From the NCBI GenBank assembly GCA_964188305.1, contig OZ076889.1: a stretch of 64,000 bases of DNA; one strand, 5' to 3'. The notes below the pieces were generated by a model. That model was not told where the DNA came from. It was given only the letters and a program-made list of their open reading frames with translations, and did no database searches. The position numbers and the translations under genes were made by a program. The DNA is from Podarcis bocagei (lineage: Eukaryota). Below are positions 56,001 through 64,000 of the stretch, piece after piece; positions within the stretch are counted from its first letter, which is position 1, and each line of letters begins with the position of its first letter.

Positions 56001-58869
56001 TCAACGGCATCCCCAGTCTACTACCTGAGATGACTACATCTCTATGGGTTGTGGTAATAAACCCTTGGGGTTCTTCAGTTGGGTTTCTTAAGTGTGAGAA
56101 ATGTTTAGAGAGTTCAAGTTTCAAAGTTTATAAACTGCTATAAATGTCTTACTTTTGTTTTTGGTTGACTAACTGTAGCCAGTTTAACCAATTAACTGGT
56201 AAATCAATCAACCCATTTATATACATGCCACAGCACTTTTAGGCTATGTAATAAAGGTAACAATTTTCCTCACAAATATCACAGGTAAAGGTATTGTTGT
56301 GAAAACAACTTTTCCCAAAATAGTTTCCGAGGCAGTGGTGCTTTTCAGGCAAGTTCTTGTCAATCTGCCAATCAAAAAATGGTCCATCAGGTTACTTAAT
56401 GCACTTTACCCCTCAGTACAACAAGTGCAGCATTACAACCAATTAGCATTCCCAGAGTGTTATGTTCAGTTTGTACTGAATTGCTTTGGTATGTGCCCAT
56501 TTATTCTCCAGTCTGGATGAAATTTGTCAGCTAAACTAGCAATTTCGCAACAGCATCCCCAGAAACAAATGAGGTTGTGCGTGTAATTGACTATTAGCTC
56601 ACATATTTGGTACATGGCATGGCATGTTGAAACAGCTAATATTATTTGTCACATAATAAAACATGGTCCAGTGATATGAACTGTGGCAGGAAAACATATT
56701 CCTGAAATGCATAGAGTAAAAATTTTGGAACAATTTCCCTGGAAACACTTTGGATGCAAAAGAACCATTACTCATTTTGAAAATGAACTGGATCAAATCA
56801 ATGGCTGATGGAGGCTAGTCTGCTACCGCAGACTGGCTCCACTGGAATCAGTAAAGAACGCTTCACTTCCACATAACCTTCTGTTAGCTATTTTGTGCTT
56901 CTTGTTCCAAAGTACTGGAGTTATCCAGAAGTGGAACTGGAAAGCAGGACATGAGCTAAAGGCGTTAGGGCCAAGGAAGGAGCTTTCATTTCATGCTCTG
57001 GCCAACCTATCTGAATGCAAGAAGGACTTTTTCAAGTTAGACAGACTACTATTAACAAAGCTACTGTAGCAGCCAGTGTGGCATTGTAAAACTGCCTTAA
57101 AAAGAGTAGTTATTGAAAGTTTGAGTGTAAATTTTAAAAAGTTGTATTATTATGATCTTTTTTTAAAAAAAAATGAATTAATGAAAAACAGGCCAGTTTT
57201 GAATCATATAAACAAAGTAATGACCCATTTTTATAATGAATATATAGGTGCACAATCTTTGAAAAATGCTATCCTCTCATAACCAAATGATGCACATTTT
57301 GGATTTCAAATTCTCAAGCAGATACAGGCCCTGGAAATAAGCATGCCCTGGAAACCCATCTATCAGAGCAGAAACTCCCTCCCAACTTCTACGCTCACGG
57401 TCAACTTCTGAGTCAATGAGCAGAATAAGAATAATCTAAGCTGATCAAAAGGAATAAGGAAAGCTTGCTTCATTCAGTAAGAGAACCTTGCAGCTACAAC
57501 GACTGAGACACAGACTCCCAGCAGTGCAACTCTACTGAATAATGATGTATAAGGCACTGTTCCTAGTACAAGTAAGTGGGGTCATCGCCCCATAAAACTT
57601 CTACATCCGCTAATTTAATTCTCTTGATGGGAATTCTCCACTAGGGCAGAGATGAAGACTGCTGCATTTCAAGGCCTAAATATCCCCAGTATTTAGCACA
57701 TTTTGTCATTAACTCCACTGAAGCAAAGAGGAAAAGAATCAGGAGAAAGCTGGAGTTTGGCACATCAAATTTTACCCATAAAAGGTTGGGACAGGTGGAG
57801 AAAAAGGCCCGTGGGAAGGAGTGGAAGGAAAACAGGAGACATTATGAAAAAATTATCTTCAAAAATAGTTTTCAAGTAAAATACAAGGTAATGGACTCTT
57901 CAGTTAGTACTTCCAACTAAATATGACAGTCTGATGCTAAACATTATAGCAATACATATCTCATTATCTGAACTTATGCCTAGTGGAGACTGGAATAGCC
58001 CCTTGGCTCTCTTCCAAGCCATTAGAGCAAAATGTTTCTTCCAAATTCCCCCATTTCATTATTTTGTCACAGTCAAAGAACACAGAAGAATCTAAAAGGA
58101 ACACAGAGATGGAAACAATAATAGTTGCAGGTTTATCAAGTGTAAGTCTTTGATAAATAAGATAAGGCAGGAAAGAATACTACACCATTGATTTTACATG
58201 CTGTTTAACTACTGGACAGCTGGAAGGATTAATGCTGTGCATTATGCCCTGGCTATTCAGAAATTAAAACATAGTGTGCCAGCTGCTACTTTATCACTGC
58301 TTAAGGTATTAGAGCTCCTTAGAAAGCAGGAGAAATTGTTCTTTAGTTACTACCTCATCTCATATTCAGATTTATCCTGCAGGTTCACAACAAAGAGGCA
58401 AAAAATAAAATAAAATTGTCTCTGTGGTCGCCTGTAATCACACACTCCCAAACAGAAATGAGGGTGCTTTTGGCATGAACATATTAGCTGTTTGTCATAG
58501 TTAAATGCAAAGCAGTGCATTCATGGAGCATTCAGCCTGACACTTAAATTGGGCAAATAATTTTTCTTTGCACATTATGAGAGCAACCTCGCTTGCCAAA
58601 GAACGGGGACACAGGTGCTCTTGTTTCTCTTGCACAGAGAAGTCCTCCGCATGACTCTCTTTAATGTGAAATGGAGGGACTGGGTTGAGGGAGGTGCAGA
58701 AGCAGAAAAGTAGGCTTGGAGCAAGTTACTGTTCTTTCATCCCAGTTATTCAAAATAGGAAATAGGCTTATTGGGAAGGTAAATGATGGCTGCTTCACCA
58801 TGCGAAATTTGGTATGTGGAAGTCACTTTTAGGTAGGCAGGAAAGGCCATAGATCTTATATATAGTTCG

Positions 58870-58871
<2 letters not shown>

Positions 58872-58907
<36 letters not shown>
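58872..58907. repeat. (TG)n microsatellite
   Basis: Direct reading. Confidence 0.95.
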
Positions 58908-58909
<2 letters not shown>

Positions 58910-59136
58910 TTTGCCAAGGCATTTTACCACAATGTACACTTGTGGAGAAACAGATTCAAGTGCATTTATCCAAATTGACAATCTACACAGCAGAGTCACG
59001 CTGCTTAGAAAAATGGAATTGACTACTATGTGGGAAATTTTCATCTTGTGTGTTGCGGCCCTTAGATTAAGACTTATAATCCACTTTGTATACTAATACA
59101 GTAGTGCATTATAGAGATTGTAGAAAAAATAAATAA

Positions 59137-59285
59137 ATCCTAGAATTGTAGAGTTGGAAGGGACCGTGGGGATCATCTAGTCCAACCTCCTGCAGTGCAG
59201 GAATCTTTTTGTCCCACATGAGGCTCAAGCCCATGACCCTGCGATTAAGAGTCTCATGCTCTACGGACTGAGCTATCCTGCAGGC
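59137..59285 (-). mobile_element. tRNA-Lys(CTT)-derived SINE with CR1 3' tail
   Basis: Minus: GATAGCTCAGTCCGTAGAGCATGAGACTCTTAATCGCAGGGTCATGGGCTTGAGCCTCATGTGGG + GTTGGACTAGATGATCCC..GGTCCCTTCCAACTCTACAATTCTA. Confidence 0.85.
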
Positions 59286-59644
59286 TAAATCGTGGAAGAA
59301 GATACACTTCCACTCATCCATAAATCTGTCACAGAGGATGTACCCATGTTGTGATAAAATAATAAAAACCCTACTACCAAAAGAACAAAAAAAATCCTAT
59401 GAAAGATTTTTCTGCTTCTCAGAGACAAAACAAGTAAGCTTTGAAAGATCCAATATGCTTTGAAGTTAGGAAGCTGGGCAGGGTAACCCCAGAGAAGTCA
59501 CTCATGGCATTTCAAGAGACCCCTTTGAGCATGCTATAAACAGTACTGTGAGATGCAGAGACAAGCAGGAAAGTTAGCTCTTTACTCAAGAAAACAGCAT
59601 ACCACCAGACAGCAGTGCCTACAAACAGGACTGGCCCCTATGAA

Positions 59645-59998
59645 CAGTGGCGTAGCGTGGGGGGGTGCCAGGGGTGCCGGCCGCACCGGGCGCAACATTT
59701 GGGGGGGGCGCGTTTGGCCGGCCCTCCTCGAGGAAGCAGGAACCCCACTGTCCTCGGACCTCCTCCGAAGGCTGGCGGTGGGGCGGCGAGACCTCCTCCC
59801 GCCGCCAGCCTTCGGAAGGCTGTTCTGAAGACTTGTGGTGGGAGCAGTGGCGTAGCGTGGGGGGTGCAGGGGGGCCTGCTGCACCTGGCACAACATCTGG
59901 GGGGGGCGCGGAAGAGACCCGAGTGCTAAAATCCACGGGTTAGGGGGCGCAAATTACTTGTCTTGCCCCGGGTGCTGAGAACCCACGCTACGCCACTG
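59645..59998. mobile_element. hAT-type MITE with duplicated left end
   Basis: TIR CAGTGGCGTAGCGTGGG / CCCACGCTACGCCACTG; 8-bp TSD CCTATGAA at 59637-59644 and 59999-60006; second left TIR at 59845. Confidence 0.92.
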
Positions 59999-61831
59999 CC
60001 TATGAAACAGTTGCCAGGACTGAAGGTTTTCATCTTCTACTTCCCTCTAAGTTTCCCCCCCAGCCGGATGTTTTGCCAAGCAGCCTCAAACTATGTGTAC
60101 TGTGTGTGGATCTGTGCCCTTTGTTTTGCTACACATACTGTATAGCCCTCTGTGTTCTTGGATACAAGTGGGAAGGGGAGCTTAGTACAGTAGGAGCAGC
60201 AAGCTCCTGGGATATTTCATCAGCTGAGTCAGAACTGCTTTCTGCCCTTGGTTCCTCTTGCTCACAAAAGTCTGTTGCCTTTTCAGAATCCAACCACTCC
60301 CCCCTCCTTCCCCCTATGACCTGTCCTCAGTGTCCCACCACCACTCCTGGGCTCTGATCTTTCCTCCTTTGATGCATCCCTAGGGAGTTCCCTGCCTGCC
60401 ACCTCTCCTCCTCATCCTGCCAGTCCCTAACAAGTACATGCTAAAAACTGTGTGCAATATTTCTCTAGTTCATGCTGAAATAGCTGAAGGGAAGAAGGGG
60501 CATTGGACCTGATTAATCTTTCCCTAGTTTTAGTAAGTGATGCTGTCAGTAAAACCAATCTAAAGCTTCTGCTACTCTTCAATGATTCCCTTCCTTGATA
60601 GAAACACCCCTTTGGATGCCCAACTCAATAGATCAATAGAGAGAGTTGTAGCCATTAATAGTATTGATAATTTAATCTAGGAGACCACTGAACTGTAGGT
60701 GGCTTAGTCTCTGGAGTAGAATTAAACAAGATGTGTCCTGTTAATGGTACGCATTGGTTAAAACTAAAGAGTAGATGGTTCAGGGAGTACTTAAAATCAG
60801 TCCTCCAGGCCAGGGAGAAAGGCAGTGAATGTCTCATTTTAATATGGGAAGAAACTAGCCTTCTTCTTCTTTTTCTTTATGGGCAAGTACAGATTTGTCA
60901 CAGTGTGCTGTAGCTACCTGGTAAGCCAGTCCTCTGTATCATCTTGCCAAATGAAGACGACAGCTTTACTATTGCTCTGCTTCCACAAAGTTCTCATCAG
61001 TTGTAGAAAGATGACAAACACCTTCCATATTACTCAGCAGGATGATACCTTTCAGGTAAGGGCACAATCGTATCTCCCATCATTCCAAGGAAGGGCTTTG
61101 CAGAGTGTCAGAGCCGCTCATGGCAGTGGGAGGTAGGGAGAAGGACAACCAGTCCCAATGCTATCACCTGGAGTTTGTCAGCTAAGCCCCCCGGCCCCTG
61201 TGAACTCCATGTCTCCACTGGTCCAAGCTAGCAGGCCTCCTGCTGATTAGCTGAGCTGAGAGAGCTGGGCGGAGGAACACTTGTACCTAATCCAACCCCC
61301 TACACTTCCAGCCTGGTGTAAGGAGTGGTGGTAGTAGATTACTCTGTAAGTTACTGCTTGGCAAATAACTGTATGTATACAGCAACAGCACTCCTCAGAT
61401 GGCACTGAGAGTACCTAAACTCCCAGAGATGTGCTTAGTTTGTACAAGAAACCAGCTGTAGCCCTTTGGAATCAGTTACCAGCTGAAATTAGGCAAACAA
61501 GATGTTTAGGCCACTGAAGGTGTTTTTGTTTAAGAAGCCATTTTATGGAAATTCAATTGTAGAAACTGTTTTCTTGTTTGTAAGAGCTTGATGTTTTGTA
61601 TTTTATCTTGTTTTATCTTATTGCACACTGTTTCAATAGCTTCTGGTAGCAGAAAAGCTTAAGTATTCCTTCTTCCTGCCTGTCACTTCTCCCCTAGAAA
61701 TGTTCTTGCTCTGACAGATGCAGGTTTGGAAATATACACTTGCCACTGTGTAGTTCCAATCTTAGTTGCCTGTATGGTAAGACATTGCCGAAGGGATTCT
61801 TGCAACATGTAAGCCATTGAACTCAAAGTTA

Positions 61832-62475
61832 CCGTATTTTTCGCCCTATAGGACGCACTTTTCCCCTCCAAAAATGAAGGGGAAATGTGTGTGCGTCCTA
61901 TGGGGCGAATGCAGGCTTTCGCTGAAGCCTGGAGAGCGAGAGGGGTCGGCGCACACTGACCCCTCTCGCTCTCCAGGCTTCAGGAGAGCCCCGCCGCCAG
62001 CCCCACAAGCTCGGGGGACAGCGGGGAGGCGGAATGCCACCATCCCGCTGTCCCATGACTTGGTTAGAAGGATGGCGGGGGGGAGAAGCCTGCTCCTCCC
62101 CATCGCCAGCCACGCAAACTCGGGGGACAGCGGGAGAGGCGCAGCACACCTTTCCCGCTGTCCCCTGACTTGGTTAGAAGGCTGGCGGGGGGGAGAAGCC
62201 TGCTCCTCCCTGTCACCAGCCCCAACCTGGTTTGGAGGCTGGCGGAGGGCTTCCCCCTCCCCAAGCCGCGCAAGCTCCCAGAGCGATGCTGAAGCTGCCC
62301 GCAGCTTCACCACCGCTCTGGCTCCCGTTCTAGGGGCTGGGGTCGGGGGAAGCTCGGGCTTCCCCCGCCCCAGCCCCGCGCCGGGGAAAAAAATAATAAT
62401 TTCCCTCCTTTACTCCCCCCCCCCAATCTAGGTGCGTCCTATGGGCCGGTGCGTCCTATAGGGTGAAAAATAAGG
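61832..62475. mobile_element. Tc2/pogo-like non-autonomous DNA transposon, GC-rich
   Basis: TA|CCGTATTTTTCGCCCTATAGGACGCAC...GTGCGTCCTATAGGGTGAAAAATAAGG|TA; internal palindrome and direct repeats. Confidence 0.88.
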
Positions 62476-63865
62476 TACAAGTAACTACACCAATGAGGGG
62501 AATGAGGCTACAAAATGTTCTGTTGTTCTGTTGTTCATGGAAGATTATGGCCCACAGTAGAGTGGGTTCACATACCAAGTGCAGGAGGTATTTTTTAAAC
62601 AGGGAAGAAGTACTGATGGGGGTCTTTACTGTGTCAAAAATCAAAATGACCAGGCATCAACCTGCCAAGGGAGTTAAGATCAGCAGGGAAAGCTTTGTGG
62701 GCAAAACATGTAAGGGCCTTCTCCATGGTGGCCCCCAGCTGTTGGAATGACTTCCCTCTGAGATGTATCTTGTGCCTTTATTGTAAGCAGTTTGACAATT
62801 GGCCAAGATGCACCTTTTTACCCAGAGCTTTGCCAAAGTGGATATCTTCCCTTCATCAGCATTGCTGTGCACTGCTAGTCTGTGCTACTGTTTTGCCACA
62901 TTTGTTATGCGGTTCCATTTCATGATTTAAATGTGAATTTTACGTATTTTAAGTGCAGTATTTTTGTAAGATGTCCTAGGACCAGTTGGTGAATGGGGCA
63001 GGCTATATATGCAAATAGTAAATGAAATAAACAAATAAGAAGGAAAGAAAGAATGAATCAGTGCAGAATCGGACAAAGGGGCTGTTACAATGCAGCAACT
63101 GCATATGTACGTTCAGTTTACATCTTTCTCCCTGCATGCCAGGAAAGGAAAGCTCCAACTCAAGGATGCTGATGTGGCAGCAGGGCAGGTGAATTTCCTA
63201 CACATGAACAAACTTGCCATAAAACATAAAATGAAGCTGAACACATAGTTTTAAGATGCCGCCTGAGTCTTTCAGAAAGATTTTGCTCTCTCTGCTCACT
63301 GTGGGATGAAGTTCTTCCTGCTTAGGTTGGTGCTTAGGTCTCTATGCTGCCTAGCAAGGAGCGTTTAGGGGTCTATAATTAACTATGGCATGAGTGGGCA
63401 CTGGCGGGGAGGGAGGGAATAGACTGCAGCTTTTTGTAGCACAAATCCCACTGTGCTTGATGATTACTCTCCCACTGCTGCTTTTACAACAACTCAATTG
63501 GAGGCCTTTTGCCATCTCTTTGGGAGATTATCTTACGAGCCGGCAGAACCACTCCTTAAAAAGGAAGTTTTGCTTTGTATTATTGGAATTCCCAAATCAA
63601 ATACAGCAGTTTATAACAGCTTATTTAGCTCAGAATTTCCTACCTGGTAGGGGCAAGGGACACTGATTACCTTCACATTCTCTGGAATAAAATCATTGAA
63701 GCTAGAAAATGCAGAGACCCTTACAAAGACGGATAAAGAAACAGTTTTTTAGATTTTTTTAGCATAACTAAGCCAACAAATCAATGCTCGGGAGAATTAA
63801 GGTGCTTATGCACTGGCAGTTTCCCAGGAGGAGGTTGAGGATCATCAAGCACACTGTCTCTAGGG

Positions 63866-64000
63866 CAGACATAGGCAAACTCGGCCCTCCAGATATTTTG
63901 GGACTACAACTCCCATCATCCCTGACCACTGGTCCTGTTAGCTAGGGATGATGGGAGTTGTAGTCCCAAAACATCTGGAGGGCCGAGTTTTCCTATGCCT
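63866..64000. mobile_element. Palindromic hAT-type MITE (MER5-like fold-back), runs to window edge
   Basis: Near-perfect inverted repeat CATAGGCAAACTCGGCCCTCCAGAT..GGGACTACAACTCCCATCATCCCT / AGGGATGATGGGAGTTGTAGTCCC..ATCTGGAGGGCCGAGTTTTCCTATG. Confidence 0.88.

Noticed and set aside
53170-56130. Possible LTR remnants near 53170-53750 and 55770-56130
   Set aside because: Composition is suggestive but no TG..CA pair with TSD could be defined
59210-59285. tRNA-Lys(CTT) gene
   Set aside because: Disrupted T-loop/box B and acceptor stem, fused to a CR1 tail; a SINE head
61817-62431. 204-aa and 155-aa ORFs
   Set aside because: Lie within a GC-rich TIR-bounded element; no transposase motifs; low complexity
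50682-64000. LRP8 exons for signal peptide and LA1-LA3
   Set aside because: No Cys/SDE-patterned exon seen by eye; ADEQEAG near 51110 lacks LA cysteine spacing and splice sites; presumably beyond the window

Overview
Vertebrate genomic DNA, most likely a squamate reptile and probably a lacertid lizard (inferred from SINE, L2 and MITE content). It carries three spliced protein-coding genes, all on the minus strand, in the order known from human 1p32.3: CZIB (exons 1-6, 3' end runs off the window), MAGOH (complete, 5 exons, 146 aa) and LRP8/ApoER2 (15 exons from ligand-binding repeat LA4 to the stop; exons for signal peptide and LA1-3 lie beyond 64000). Exons were reconstructed by hand from translation, splice dinucleotides and phase. 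Introns are rich in non-autonomous DNA transposons (Tc1/mariner-type with TA TSDs, hAT-type with 8-bp TSDs), L2/CR1 fragments, tRNA-derived SINEs and a solo LTR. Most ORFs in the supplied track are spurious. I found no evidence for a new gene or new biological system. The most unusual observations are TE insertions landing inside LRP8 core splice signals (a solo LTR whose TSD is the putative branch-point pentamer; a MITE supplying +5/+6 of a donor), a GC-AG donor in CZIB, candidate routes to truncated soluble LRP8, an enlarged O-glycan exon, and module sharing among TE families.
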